A stretch of DNA of 64,000 bases from Minisyncoccota bacterium. Lineage in GTDB: Bacteria; Patescibacteriota; Minisyncoccia; UBA6257; XYB1-36-10. Below, piece after piece: positions 39,229 to 49,107 of this stretch. Below the pieces are notes generated by a model. The model saw only the letters and a list, made by a program, of their open reading frames with translations, was not told the origin of the DNA and made no database searches. A program made the position numbers and the translations under genes. Where the stretch lies: contig JBAZJH010000001.1 in NCBI GenBank assembly GCA_041651415.1, positions 11,374 through 75,373 of the forward strand, written 5' to 3'. Numbering within the stretch: position 1 is the first letter of the stretch; each line of letters begins with the position of its first letter.

Positions 39229-40757
39229 ACTATCAAAACGGAAGTTATTTAACCAGATTTCTTTCAATGTTAAGCCAGACGCCGCCAGTCGGCGGTCTTG
39301 AGATTTCCGAAAGTTTTTTAAGATTCTCTCTTTTTAGCGGAAAGAATTTATCGACAGCTTCTTTAAAATTGCCGCCCGGTATAGTAGGAAGAGGACGAGT
39401 GGAAAATGTCCAACAATTTAAGGAAGCGCTGAAGGTTTTAAAGAATAAATTAAGCGGGATTTATAGCGAAAAAGAGAAAGTGAACGTGATTGTTTCTTTG
39501 CCGTTTTCCAAAACTTATCTTCAAGTTTTTAAAATACCGGTAGTATCTGAAAAAGGACTTTCCGAGGCAATAAGACTGAATATGCAGATGATTTCGCCGA
39601 TTCCGATAGAAACGGCTTACTGCGATTCGGAGAAAATAGGACAAGAAGAAGCGACGGGACAAACGGAATTTTTAGGCGCTTTTGCGCCAATTCAAGAAAG
39701 CGACGCTTTTTCTTCTGTTTTAAAAGAAGCGGGATTTAATCCGATAGCGATTGAGTTCCCTATTTTATCTTTGGCGAGATTTTTCAGCGAAGAAGGCCAT
39801 GGTTTTGATATTTTTAAGCCTTATCTTTTTCTTCAAGTTTCTTCGGAAGGAGTAGATTTTATTATTTTAAGAAACGGCAAGCTTTATTTTGATTATTTTG
39901 TTTCTTGGAAATCGATACAAGGAACGGCAAAGGAAATAACGCAGGAAGCGTTTAATTCTTCGATAGCAAAAGCTTTTCAGCAGGTTTTGAATTTTTATTC
40001 AGGCAGATGGGGAAATGATTTAAAAATGGCGGTAGTTTTAGCGCAAGGAGGGACGTTTGAAGCGATAAAAAATTTAGGAGAGAGGTTTGGGCTAGAAGTT
40101 ACCCCTTTTTCTTTAATTGATTTTCCAAATATAGATCAAAACTGGCTAGTGACTTTATCACTTGCTATGAGGGGAAGAATGCCGAGAGGAAAAGATAAAT
40201 TTATCACGCTTTCCAGAGTGGATACGGAGGATGAATATAGAAATGAGCAAATAGCGACTTTTTCCAAATTTTGGAGAAATATATCGCTTTTAGTGCTGGG
40301 TTTCTTTTTGGCTATTTTATTTTTTTCCAGCTATTTTTTAAAAAATGCCTTGGAAAAAGTGGAAAACGATAATTTCGGGTCGGGAATTTCCAGTCAATCG
40401 CAGGTAATGGCGGATTTAGCTTCTTTGAAAGAAGGAGCGCAAGCGTTCAATAGATTGGTGAGCGCGGTCAAAGAGTCGGAAAAGGAAAGAATTATTTGGT
40501 CGGACTTTTTTGAAAAAATTTATGTTTTAGCGGGAAACGACATAAGCCTATCAAGAATTTTTTACCAATCAAGCAATGTGCCGATTGTTTTAAGCGGAAA
40601 AGCCGGTAGTGTGGAAAAAATTCTGTCTTTCAGAGACAGAATAATGGAAGAAAAAGAATTCAGCGAAGTTAATTTGCCTCTTTCCAATGTTTCTCAAGCC
40701 GGTCCGGAAGTGCTGTTTAATTTGAGTTTTTCTTTTAAAAGGGCGGAAACCAAGTAA
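39225..40757 (+). CDS. PilM-like (actin-fold) type IV pilus assembly protein fused to a PilN-like TM/coiled-coil C-terminus
   Basis: The N-terminus GGLEISESFLRFSLFSG..LKLPPGIV..GRVENVQQFKEAL matches the PilM pattern. A TM helix at ~residue 355 is followed by a periplasmic region. Confidence 0.4.
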   Translation: MNYQNGSYLTRFLSMLSQTPPVGGLEISESFLRFSLFSGKNLSTASLKLPPGIVGRGRVENVQQFKEALKVLKNKLSGIYSEKEKVNVIVSLPFSKTYLQVFKIPVVSEKGLSEAIRLNMQMISPIPIETAYCDSEKIGQEEATGQTEFLGAFAPIQESDAFSSVLKEAGFNPIAIEFPILSLARFFSEEGHGFDIFKPYLFLQVSSEGVDFIILRNGKLYFDYFVSWKSIQGTAKEITQEAFNSSIAKAFQQVLNFYSGRWGNDLKMAVVLAQGGTFEAIKNLGERFGLEVTPFSLIDFPNIDQNWLVTLSLAMRGRMPRGKDKFITLSRVDTEDEYRNEQIATFSKFWRNISLLVLGFFLAILFFSSYFLKNALEKVENDNFGSGISSQSQVMADLASLKEGAQAFNRLVSAVKESEKERIIWSDFFEKIYVLAGNDISLSRIFYQSSNVPIVLSGKAGSVEKILSFRDRIMEEKEFSEVNLPLSNVSQAGPEVLFNLSFSFKRAETK

Positions 40758-41239
40758 AGTTTTTCAAAATCGCTTTCTGAAATCTTTTTTAAAACGAAGT
40801 CTTCGGCTTTTTTTCTGATGGCGGAATTTTTTCTGATGCCTATACGAGCGCGCCAAAAATTCTTGGTTTTGAGAGATTTTATAACCGATTCCACGCCTTT
40901 GTGGCCAGCAGAATTTTTTCCAAAACTAATTTTTATTTTTCCAAGTTCCAAATCGGAATCGTCGTGAAGAAGAAGGAGATTTTCCGGTTTGAGCTTAAAA
41001 AATTTAACAGCTTTCAGGACAGCTTGGCCGGACTCGTTCATATAAACAGAAGATTTGGCAAAAACAAAACCGCTTTCTTTTAAAAAAGAAAAGTCGCCGG
41101 AGGATTTGAATTTATCGTTTTCTTTTTCTTTAAGAAGAGAATCAAGAATAATAAATCCGGAATTATGAAAAGTTTTTAAGAATTCTTCTTTGGGATTGCC
41201 GAGGGCAAAAATCAATTTTATTTTGTTTAATTCGTCCAT
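40694..41239 (-). CDS. pth: Peptidyl-tRNA hydrolase
   Basis: IFALGNPKEEFLKTFHNSGF...HDDSDLELGKIK..GKNSAGHKGVESV contains the conserved Pth His/Asp motifs. Confidence 0.8.
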   Translation of the reverse strand: MDELNKIKLIFALGNPKEEFLKTFHNSGFIILDSLLKEKENDKFKSSGDFSFLKESGFVFAKSSVYMNESGQAVLKAVKFFKLKPENLLLLHDDSDLELGKIKISFGKNSAGHKGVESVIKSLKTKNFWRARIGIRKNSAIRKKAEDFVLKKISESDFEKLYLVSALLKEKLKLNSTSGPA

Positions 41240-41320
41240 AAAAAGATTATAGTTTCAAAGAGTTTTTTTGGCAATTTTTGACGAGATTTTATTTTTGGCG
41301 TATTGTAAAAAGCAGAAAAT

Positions 41321-42277
41321 TTGAAAAGGAAAAGGAGAAGGAAAATGCAGAGAATTAAAAGAGTAAAGAATGAAGACGCGCCCAGATGGCACAGTTTGGG
41401 TATTTCGGAAGACAAAAAATCTTTTGTCATAAAAATAGAAAGGAATCTATTTTATGAGTGGATAGTAAAGCGGATGAATAATGATTCGCCTTTGTTAAAG
41501 TCTTTAGAAGGAACTTTTTCAGAGTTTCCTTTATTTTTTGAGAATCTTTTTGTTCTGCCGACAGAAGAAGAATGGGGAATTTGGGGAGTTTTTAAAAAAA
41601 TAGAGGAGGATGATGTTTGGGTTACTTTCAATTGCGAGCTGCCGAGAGTTTTGTCTTTTTTAGACAAGGAGGAACAAAAAAAGGCGCTTAAAATAATTTC
41701 CCTAATGGCTGAGGAAGTAGATTTTTTGAGTTATGAGACCGGGCTTGAAAGGAGAAACCATAAATTAGCTTTGGCTATCCGAGCGTCTCTTTTTGTCTTG
41801 TTCTTTTTTTTGGAATCGGCAGAGGAGGATTGTTTTCCAAGTTTTGAAAGAGTCGGCGGAAAAAAACAAATTCTTTTAATAAAGGATTTTCATTTTGAAC
41901 AAGAGATGCATGGCGGGTCTTTTTCGGCCGAACTTTCTCCTTCAGCCGTTTCTTTTATAAGAAGGAAAGTTAAAGAAAGCGGTTATGAACGAATATATCT
42001 TCCTTTTTTGAAAAAAGCTATGCTTTTTTGCCATAGGCATATATGGGAGGAAGAAGAGGGATGTTTAAAACTTAGAATAGAAGCTGAAGGAAGAGAAGAT
42101 GGAAGACTTTTTCTGTCTGTTCCGGGGGATGCTTGTGAACTTAATGCGGAAAATTATGAAACAATTGAAGGATATGGTTATGAAATGTTTCCTCACAATG
42201 TTGATGACTCCGTGCAACAGCTCACTCTTCTTTGTGGACTGGCAGCATTATCTGATTGGATAGAAAACGAAACTTAG
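41321..42277 (+). CDS. Hypothetical protein
   Basis: 318 aa with a basic N-terminus. No recognised motifs. Confidence 0.35.
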   Translation: MKRKRRRKMQRIKRVKNEDAPRWHSLGISEDKKSFVIKIERNLFYEWIVKRMNNDSPLLKSLEGTFSEFPLFFENLFVLPTEEEWGIWGVFKKIEEDDVWVTFNCELPRVLSFLDKEEQKKALKIISLMAEEVDFLSYETGLERRNHKLALAIRASLFVLFFFLESAEEDCFPSFERVGGKKQILLIKDFHFEQEMHGGSFSAELSPSAVSFIRRKVKESGYERIYLPFLKKAMLFCHRHIWEEEEGCLKLRIEAEGREDGRLFLSVPGDACELNAENYETIEGYGYEMFPHNVDDSVQQLTLLCGLAALSDWIENET

Positions 42278-42365
42278 CGCCCTTAAAAGGCGCTTTTCTT
42301 TTAAAACCGATTAAAATTTTCTAAAAGTTTTGACAGGATTTTGGTTTTTTGCTATAATTTGACAA

Positions 42366-42914
42366 ATGCGTTATTTTTTATCATCGCTAATAGAAACTTT
42401 GGAAGTCGCTTTAATTGCGGTGGTTTCAGTTTTAGTCATCAGGACTTATTTAGTTCAGCCGTTTCTTGTGAGCGGAGATTCGATGGAACCGAATTTTTCA
42501 AGCGGCAATTATTTATTAGTGGATGAACTTTCCTATCAATTCAGAAAACCGGAAAGAGGAGAAGTGATTGTTTTTAAATTTCCGGGCAATCCTTCCGTTT
42601 ATTACATAAAAAGGATAATCGGTTTGCCGGGAGAAAAAATAACGGTGAAAAACGGAGAAGTGGAAGTTTTTAGCGCCGGAAGTTCCGAAGGGAAAAAATT
42701 AGAAGAAAAATATATTCCGGTTAATTTCAGGACATCGGGAGAAGCGGATGTTGTTTTAAAAGACGGAGAATATTTTGTGATGGGCGACAACAGAATGTTC
42801 AGTTTTGATTCAAGAAGCTGGGGGCCGTTACCGAAAGAAAATATTATGGGAATCGCAAGATTTAATCTTTGGCCGCTTAGCGAAGCGAGAGCGGTTTCTA
42901 TTCCTTTGTATTAA
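42366..42914 (+). CDS. lepB: Signal peptidase I
   Basis: VSGDSMEPNF (Ser), YIKRIIGLPGE (Lys box), YFVMGDNRMFSFDSRSWGPLP (box E). Confidence 0.85.
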   Translation: MRYFLSSLIETLEVALIAVVSVLVIRTYLVQPFLVSGDSMEPNFSSGNYLLVDELSYQFRKPERGEVIVFKFPGNPSVYYIKRIIGLPGEKITVKNGEVEVFSAGSSEGKKLEEKYIPVNFRTSGEADVVLKDGEYFVMGDNRMFSFDSRSWGPLPKENIMGIARFNLWPLSEARAVSIPLY

Positions 42915-42946
42915 TAAAAGGAGTAAAATTTCTTTAATAAAGAAAT

Positions 42947-44332
42947 ATGAATAAAAAAACAGCGCCCCAAAAGAAAGAAAAAGATAAAATGATTTTAAAA
43001 AAAGAAATTCGGGACGATAAAGAAGGAGAGACGGAAAAGAAAGGAAAGAAAGCTAGGCAAACTTTTCAATCGGTGAAAGGCATTTACGAGATTTTGCCGG
43101 AAGAGTGGGTTTGGCGAGAAAAATTCGAAGCGATGGTTAAAGGAGTGGCTCATTTTTATGACTTTAAGAGAATTGAAACCGGAATCATTGAAAATGCGGA
43201 CCTTTTTACGAGGTCGGTGGGAGAAGGAACCGATATTGTAAAAAAAGAAATGTTTTTTCTAAAGTCTGGAGGAAGTCATGGCGACAAATGGGTGCTTCGG
43301 CCGGAAGGAACAGCGTCGGTGGCGAGAGCTTATCTGCAGTATGGATTTTCTTCCTTGCCGCAGCCGGTAAAACTTTTTTATTTAGGGCCGATGTTCAGAC
43401 ATGAGAATCCGCAGGCAGGGAGATATCGGCAGCTGACGACCGCCGGGTTTGAAATAATAGGCGGAGAAAATGACGCCGTTTATGACGCGGAAGTGCTGCA
43501 AATAGCTTTCAGAATAATGAGAGAAGCAGGATTAAAAGACGCGGTGGCGGAAATAAATTCAATCGGTTGCCGAGTGTGCCGGCCTAACTTAAAGAAAAAA
43601 CTTGTTAATTATTACAGTTCGAAAACGAGAAAAATCTGCAGAGATTGCCAAGAAAGATTAAAACAAAATCCATTCCGGCTTTTAGACTGCAAAAATGAAA
43701 TGTGCCAGGAAATAAAAAAAGACGCGCCGGTCTTTTTGGACGGGCTTTGTTCAGTTTGCAAACATCATTTTAAAAATTTTTTGGAATATTTGGATGAGTT
43801 AAAAATTCCTTATGAAGTAAATAATAATTTAGTAAGAGGACTTGATTATTACAGCCGGACGGTTTTTGAAATTTTTGTGCCTTCTTCGGAACAGGCAAAG
43901 CTAGCCGTGGCGGGAGGAGGAAGATATGATTATTTAATTGAAACTATCGGCGGAAGACCGACAGCCGGAGTCGGTTTTGGAATTGGAATTGAGAGACTGG
44001 TAAGCATAATCAGAGAAAAAGCGTTAAAGCCGCCAGCTAAGCCTAAAAACAGGATTTTCTTTATTCATGTCGGAGACGTGGCGAAAAAAAGAAGTTTGAC
44101 GGTTATTGAAGAGCTTCGCGAAAATGGCATAGCGGTGAGAGAGTCTTTGGGAAAAGATTCATTGCAAAAACAGATGAAATTGGCGGATGTTGAAGGAGTG
44201 GAGTGGGTTTTGATGTTCGGCCAGAAAGAGGTTTATGAAGAGAGCGTGATAATAAAAAATATGAAAACGGGAATTCAAGAAACAATTCTTTTAAGAAAAG
44301 TAACTGATGAATTAAAAAGAAGGATGAAGTGA
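42947..44332 (+). CDS. hisS: Histidyl-tRNA synthetase with a Lys-rich N-terminal extension
   Basis: Class II motif 2 (YLGPMFRHENPQAGRYRQ), motif 3 region (GGGRYDYL), HisA-like CRVC/CRDC zinc insertions, and a C-terminal anticodon-binding domain. Confidence 0.85.
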   Translation: MNKKTAPQKKEKDKMILKKEIRDDKEGETEKKGKKARQTFQSVKGIYEILPEEWVWREKFEAMVKGVAHFYDFKRIETGIIENADLFTRSVGEGTDIVKKEMFFLKSGGSHGDKWVLRPEGTASVARAYLQYGFSSLPQPVKLFYLGPMFRHENPQAGRYRQLTTAGFEIIGGENDAVYDAEVLQIAFRIMREAGLKDAVAEINSIGCRVCRPNLKKKLVNYYSSKTRKICRDCQERLKQNPFRLLDCKNEMCQEIKKDAPVFLDGLCSVCKHHFKNFLEYLDELKIPYEVNNNLVRGLDYYSRTVFEIFVPSSEQAKLAVAGGGRYDYLIETIGGRPTAGVGFGIGIERLVSIIREKALKPPAKPKNRIFFIHVGDVAKKRSLTVIEELRENGIAVRESLGKDSLQKQMKLADVEGVEWVLMFGQKEVYEESVIIKNMKTGIQETILLRKVTDELKRRMK

Positions 44333-44333
44333 T

Positions 44334-44633
44334 ATGGAAAAAATACCGGTTAACAGAGAACAAAACAGAGAAGAGGTCGGCAGCGAATTCAATAAAATGG
44401 ATTATTCAGATTTTGTTCGTTTTTTGCGCGATAAAATTAAAGAAAATGAAAATGCGCGATTTTCTATAGAAGTCGATTGGGCGGGAGTAGAAAAAGCTCG
44501 AGCGCTAAAAGCGCTTTTAGACCAGTATTCTTCCAGATTGCATATTGATTCGGCGACAATAAGAGCCACTCCCGAACAATATAAAGAGGATGTGAATGTT
44601 TTCGAATCTGGCGTAAAGTGGGAAAAAATTTAA
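44334..44633 (+). CDS. Hypothetical protein
   Basis: 99 aa. Its start overlaps the hisS stop (TGATATG). Confidence 0.3.
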   Translation: MEKIPVNREQNREEVGSEFNKMDYSDFVRFLRDKIKENENARFSIEVDWAGVEKARALKALLDQYSSRLHIDSATIRATPEQYKEDVNVFESGVKWEKI

Positions 44634-44648
44634 TAAATTTTACATTAT

Positions 44649-45071
44649 TTGATTATGGAAAATTGCTTGTTTTGCAAAATAGTTCAGGGAGAAATAAAGG
44701 GAGATATTATTTATGAAGATGAAAAAGCTATGGCGCTTCTCGATATAAATCCGCGAGCGCCAGGGCACGCTTTTGTTATTCCGAAAAAACATTTTGAAAA
44801 TTTACTGGAAGTTCCAGACGGGGAGCTTGGCGGGATTTTTTTAGCGGTTAAAAATACGGCGGAAAAATTGAAAGAAAAAATGAAGGCGGACGCGCTTTCT
44901 ATCGGCATAAATAACGGACGGGTTTCCGGACAGGAAATTGACCATCTGCATATCCATATAATGCCGAGATTTAAAGGAGACGGGGGAAATTCCTGCCAGT
45001 CGATAGTGGCTAATATTCCGAGCGCGGAAGAAAGAGAAAAAATAAGAGGGATATTAAAAATGATTAATTAA
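44649..45071 (+). CDS. HIT-family (histidine triad) hydrolase
   Basis: CLFCKI..GE...PRAPGHAFVIPKKH...DHLHIHIMPR. Confidence 0.8.
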   Translation: MIMENCLFCKIVQGEIKGDIIYEDEKAMALLDINPRAPGHAFVIPKKHFENLLEVPDGELGGIFLAVKNTAEKLKEKMKADALSIGINNGRVSGQEIDHLHIHIMPRFKGDGGNSCQSIVANIPSAEEREKIRGILKMIN

Positions 45072-45165
45072 GGAATTTCTAATAAATGAGGAAATTCAGA
45101 GAAAAATTGTTTTAAAAAAAACGGGGTTGACGGGAGCTGTTTTTTTGTCTAAACTTAGAAACACT

Positions 45166-45375
45166 ATGGAAATCAGAAAAAAAGAAGGAGAGGCGGCAAC
45201 CTCTTTAATGTTCAGATTCAATAAAAGAATCCGCCAGAGCGGAGTTTTAAGGGAAGTGAGAAAAAGAAGATTTAAGGACAGGGACCAGAATAAAACAAAA
45301 AGAAGAGCTTCGGCTATTTATAGAAGCGTAAAAAAAGACGAAGTTTTGAGGCTTAAGAAACTTGGTAAAATATAA
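45166..45375 (+). CDS. rpsU: 30S ribosomal protein S21 (start reassigned to the internal Met)
   Basis: MEIRKKEGE..LMFRFNKRIRQSGVLREVRKRRF..KTKRRASAIYR resembles the S21 basic pattern. Confidence 0.55.
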   Translation: MEIRKKEGEAATSLMFRFNKRIRQSGVLREVRKRRFKDRDQNKTKRRASAIYRSVKKDEVLRLKKLGKI

Positions 45376-45441
45376 GGCGCAAAGCGTTTTTTTGAAAATT
45401 TCAGTTTAGCTTTAGCAAATTAAAGAAAGTTTGCATTTTAA

Positions 45442-45891
45442 ATGACAATAAAAGAAAAAATCCAAGAGGACTTTAAAAAGTTTTTTAAGGAAAGAAAAGA
45501 AGAAATTTTCGGCACTTTAAGAATGGTTTCGGCGGCAATTGCAAATGCGGAAATAGAAAAAAGAGGGAAGGGAGAAAAGGGGGAGATGACAGACGAGGAA
45601 GTTTTGGCGGTTTTGAGAAAAGAATTAAAAAAGAGAAAAGAAGCGGCCGAGCTTTATAAAAACGGTGGGAGAGAAGAATTGGCGCAGAAAGAAGAAGGGG
45701 AAGCAAAAGTGATAGAAGAATACTTGCCAAAAAATTTATCCAAAGAAGAAATCGAAAAAATAGCGGAAGAGGAAATTGCGAAAGGCGGAAAAAATATGGG
45801 AGAGATAATGAAAAGGATAATCGAAAAGGCAGAAGGAAGAGCGGAGGGAAAAATGGTGGCGGAAATTGTTAAAAGAAAAATGGGATTATAA
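45442..45891 (+). CDS. GatB/YqeY-domain protein
   Basis: MTIKEKIQEDFKKFFKERKEE...AIANAEIEK...EVLAVLRKELKKRKEAAELY...MGEIMKRI. Confidence 0.75.
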   Translation: MTIKEKIQEDFKKFFKERKEEIFGTLRMVSAAIANAEIEKRGKGEKGEMTDEEVLAVLRKELKKRKEAAELYKNGGREELAQKEEGEAKVIEEYLPKNLSKEEIEKIAEEEIAKGGKNMGEIMKRIIEKAEGRAEGKMVAEIVKRKMGL

Positions 45892-46297
45892 AAAAGTGAT
45901 AAAGTTTTTTTATTCTTTAAAAAGATTTGAGCTTTTAAAAAAAGAAGCGGAGAAAGCGGCAAAAGCCGTTTTGAAAGGAATAAGAAAGAAAGGAACAGTG
46001 GAAATATATTTTGTGAAAGACGAGGAGATGGCGGAAATCAATAAAGCTTCAAGAGGGAAAAGGGGACCGACCAATATTTTATCGTTTGAAGCAAAGGGGA
46101 AGTTTCCCAGACCGGATTTAAAAGAGCCCTTTTTGGGGGAAATTTATGTTGCGCCGGACTATTCAAAAAGGAAAGAAGATGAGTTAAAATTACTTATTAT
46201 ACACGGGGTTTTGCACCTATTGGGTTTTGACCATAAAACAGAAAAAGAGGCTTCTTTAATGGAAAAAAAGGAAGACCTTTTTTTAAGTAAAATTTAA
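45866..46297 (+). CDS. ybeY: rRNA maturation endoribonuclease YbeY
   Basis: ILSFE...IYVAPD...IHGVLHLLGFDH zinc-binding motif. Confidence 0.8.
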   Translation: MLKEKWDYKKVIKFFYSLKRFELLKKEAEKAAKAVLKGIRKKGTVEIYFVKDEEMAEINKASRGKRGPTNILSFEAKGKFPRPDLKEPFLGEIYVAPDYSKRKEDELKLLIIHGVLHLLGFDHKTEKEASLMEKKEDLFLSKI

Positions 46298-46387
46298 GCG
46301 TCTTTTTCTTTTTTAAGGCAAGAACAAAAGGACTTTTAAAGTCTTTGTTTTTTTTGTATAGTAGAAGGGAATTAAAATATTGGAAAT

Positions 46388-47608
46388 ATGGCAAGATTAA
46401 TAACAGGATTAGATATTGGAACGGCTTCCATAAAAGTGGCAGTAGCGGAAGTCGGAAAAGAAGAAAAGCCGAAGCTTATTTTTTTGTCCAAGCAAATTTC
46501 CGCCGGAATGAGAAAAGGAACGGTGGTTCAATTTGATGAGGTGGAAAAATGCGTTTCAGCGGCTCTTTTGAAAGTGAAAGGAGCGGCAAAGGGAGCTTTA
46601 AAAAATATATTTTTGAATGTCGGCGGAACGAAATCAAGAACTCAAGTTTCGAGAGGAGCGGTGGTGGTTTCAAGAGCGGATAGCGAAATTTATCAGGACG
46701 ATATCGAGAGAGCGATAAAAACATCAAAAGATTCGATTGTTTCTCATAACCGAACAATAATTCATACGATAACCAGGAATTTTATTGTGGACGGAATGCC
46801 GAATATTGAAGACCCGATTGGTCTTTCCGGTAATCGTTTGGAAGTGGAGAGCTATATTATAGATTCTTTAGCTCAAGATTTGAGAAGTTTGGGAAAGGTG
46901 ACGGATAAAGCGGGAGGCGTGGTGGGGGGGCTTGTTTATAATCCAGTGGCAACCAGCCGCTCGGTTTTGAATAAAAATCAAAAAGATTTGGGAGTAGTGA
47001 TGATTGATATAGGATTCGGAACAACGGGAGTGGCGGTTTTTGAGGAAGGGAAAATGCTGCATTCGGCGGTTTTGCCGGTCGGTTCGGCCAATATTACAAA
47101 TGACTTAGCTATCGGATTGAAAGTTCCGATAGAAGCGGCGGAAGCGATGAAGATTTCTTCCGGCTACGCGATTTCCAAAGATATTTCGATAAAAGAAAAA
47201 TTGGATTTAAAAAAGTTTGACGCGGGAAGTTCGGGAACGGTAACAAAAAAGTTTTTTTCGGAAATCATAGAAGTGAGATTGGCGGAAATTTTTGAACTGG
47301 TCAATAACGAACTTAAGGCGATAGGCAAAGAAAAAAATTTGCCGGCGGGAGTGATATTATCCGGCGGCGGTTCGAAAATGCCGGGGATTGTGGAATTGGC
47401 TAAACGCGAATTGCGTTTGCCGGTTCAACTTGGAACACTGACGCCGGAAGCGGTTTCTTTTGCTAATAAAGAAATAGAAGAGAAAGTGGAAGACCCGGAA
47501 TACATAACGAGTTTAGGGCTTGTGCTTCAAGGTTATGATGATATGATGGAGCAAAAGCCGAGAGTGGGAAACGCTTTTTCAAGAATTTTAAATTATTTCC
47601 TTCCGTAA
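46388..47608 (+). CDS. ftsA: Cell division protein FtsA
   Basis: ITGLDIGTASIKVAV, actin-fold motifs, VMIDIGFGTTGVAVFEEG, ILSGGGSKMPGI. Confidence 0.85.
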   Translation: MARLITGLDIGTASIKVAVAEVGKEEKPKLIFLSKQISAGMRKGTVVQFDEVEKCVSAALLKVKGAAKGALKNIFLNVGGTKSRTQVSRGAVVVSRADSEIYQDDIERAIKTSKDSIVSHNRTIIHTITRNFIVDGMPNIEDPIGLSGNRLEVESYIIDSLAQDLRSLGKVTDKAGGVVGGLVYNPVATSRSVLNKNQKDLGVVMIDIGFGTTGVAVFEEGKMLHSAVLPVGSANITNDLAIGLKVPIEAAEAMKISSGYAISKDISIKEKLDLKKFDAGSSGTVTKKFFSEIIEVRLAEIFELVNNELKAIGKEKNLPAGVILSGGGSKMPGIVELAKRELRLPVQLGTLTPEAVSFANKEIEEKVEDPEYITSLGLVLQGYDDMMEQKPRVGNAFSRILNYFLP

Positions 47609-47621
47609 AAAAACCGCAAAA

Positions 47622-48854
47622 ATGAACAAAGAAAATAAATTTAACCAAACAAGCGGCAAGAAGCAGGCGTGGCAGTATGGGGTAAAAGTGAAAGTGGTGG
47701 GAGTGGGCGGAGGAGGCGGAAACGCGATTTCCCGAATGAGTAAAGATTTTATAAGAGGAGTGGAGTTTATCGCTATAAACACTGATATGCAGGATCTGGA
47801 ATTCTGCGAAGCGAGAAAAAAAATCCACATCGGAAGAAATTTAACAGCGGGACTTGGAGCGGGAATGAATCCGGAGATTGGAGCAAAATCAGCCGAGGAA
47901 AACAAAAACGATGTGATTGAAGCTTTGGAAGGAGCCGATTTGGTTTTTTTGACGGCTGGGTTTGGAGGAGGAACGGGAACGGGGGCACTACCGGTAGTAG
48001 CGGAAATCGCCAAAGAATTGGGAATCTTAACGATTGCGGTTGTAACTAAACCGTTTTCTTTTGAAGGAGCGCAAAGAAGTAAAATTGCTCAGGAAGGCAT
48101 AGCTAGATTGAAAGATAAAGTTGATGCTTTAATTGTGGTGCCGAACGACAGAATTTTTTCAATAATAAACAAAGACACGCCGATAATTAAGGCGTTTATA
48201 GAAATAGACGAAGTTTTAAAAAATGCGGTGCAAGGTATTGTGGAATTGATTGTGTCACCGGGAATAATAAACGTGGATTTTGCCGATGTGCGAACGATTA
48301 TGTCAGGAGCCGGTTCGGCAATTGTCGGAGTGGGGGTGGCTTCCGGACAGGAGCGGGCGACAGACGCGGCAAGACAGGCTATTAATTCGCCGCTTCTCGA
48401 AGTGGCGGTGGATGGAGCAAGAGGAGTTTTATTCGGAGTATCCGGAGGACGAGACATAAAAATGACGGAGATAAATGAGGCGGCAAAAGTGATAACGGAA
48501 TCGGTTGATCCAACAGCTAAAATAATTTTCGGGGCTTATAATGATAAAAAATTGAAACAGGGGCAGATGAAAATAACTTTAATTGCGACTGGATTTTCCG
48601 GAACGCGGCCGCCGGTTTCTTCACTATTTAATCGGGGAGAAAGCGTCGGAGCGCAAAATACGGCGGAAACAATCGGAGCTTCCAGTATTTTCAGAAAAGT
48701 GACAGATAATAGCATGCCAATCTCTTCTTCGCAGAAAGAAAATCTTTTTATAGGAGGGATTTCCAGAATAAACGGACGGGAAGAAAAAGAAAAGAAAGAA
48801 GAAACGGGAAGCATGTGGGATATCCCGACGTTTTTAAGAAGAAAGAAAAAATAA
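47622..48854 (+). CDS. ftsZ: Cell division protein FtsZ
   Basis: VKVVGVGGGGGNAISRM. GFGGGTGTG tubulin signature. T7 loop NVDFADV. Confidence 0.95.
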   Translation: MNKENKFNQTSGKKQAWQYGVKVKVVGVGGGGGNAISRMSKDFIRGVEFIAINTDMQDLEFCEARKKIHIGRNLTAGLGAGMNPEIGAKSAEENKNDVIEALEGADLVFLTAGFGGGTGTGALPVVAEIAKELGILTIAVVTKPFSFEGAQRSKIAQEGIARLKDKVDALIVVPNDRIFSIINKDTPIIKAFIEIDEVLKNAVQGIVELIVSPGIINVDFADVRTIMSGAGSAIVGVGVASGQERATDAARQAINSPLLEVAVDGARGVLFGVSGGRDIKMTEINEAAKVITESVDPTAKIIFGAYNDKKLKQGQMKITLIATGFSGTRPPVSSLFNRGESVGAQNTAETIGASSIFRKVTDNSMPISSSQKENLFIGGISRINGREEKEKKEETGSMWDIPTFLRRKKK

Positions 48855-48912
48855 ATATAAATAAATTTTACGAATGAAAGGTCTTGAAATTTCGTTATAT
48901 GAATAGTGAGTT

Positions 48913-48946
48913 TGTCGATTATTGTCCGATCGGACAATAATCGACA
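48913..48946. promoter_or_regulatory. 34-bp palindrome P, copy 2 (perfect)
   Basis: tgtcgattattgtccgatcggacaataatcgaca. Confidence 0.5.
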
Positions 48947-49107
48947 GGTTTTGTATATTTTCTAAAAAACTTTTAAGATTGTTCTAAAATTAACTTATTG
49001 AATTTTTACCTTTTTAACCTTTAAACTAATGCGCGAGGTTTTCGCGGAGATTTTAAAAAAAGATGCCCTTCAACGAAAACATTGAAGGGCATTTGATTAT
49101 CGGCAGA

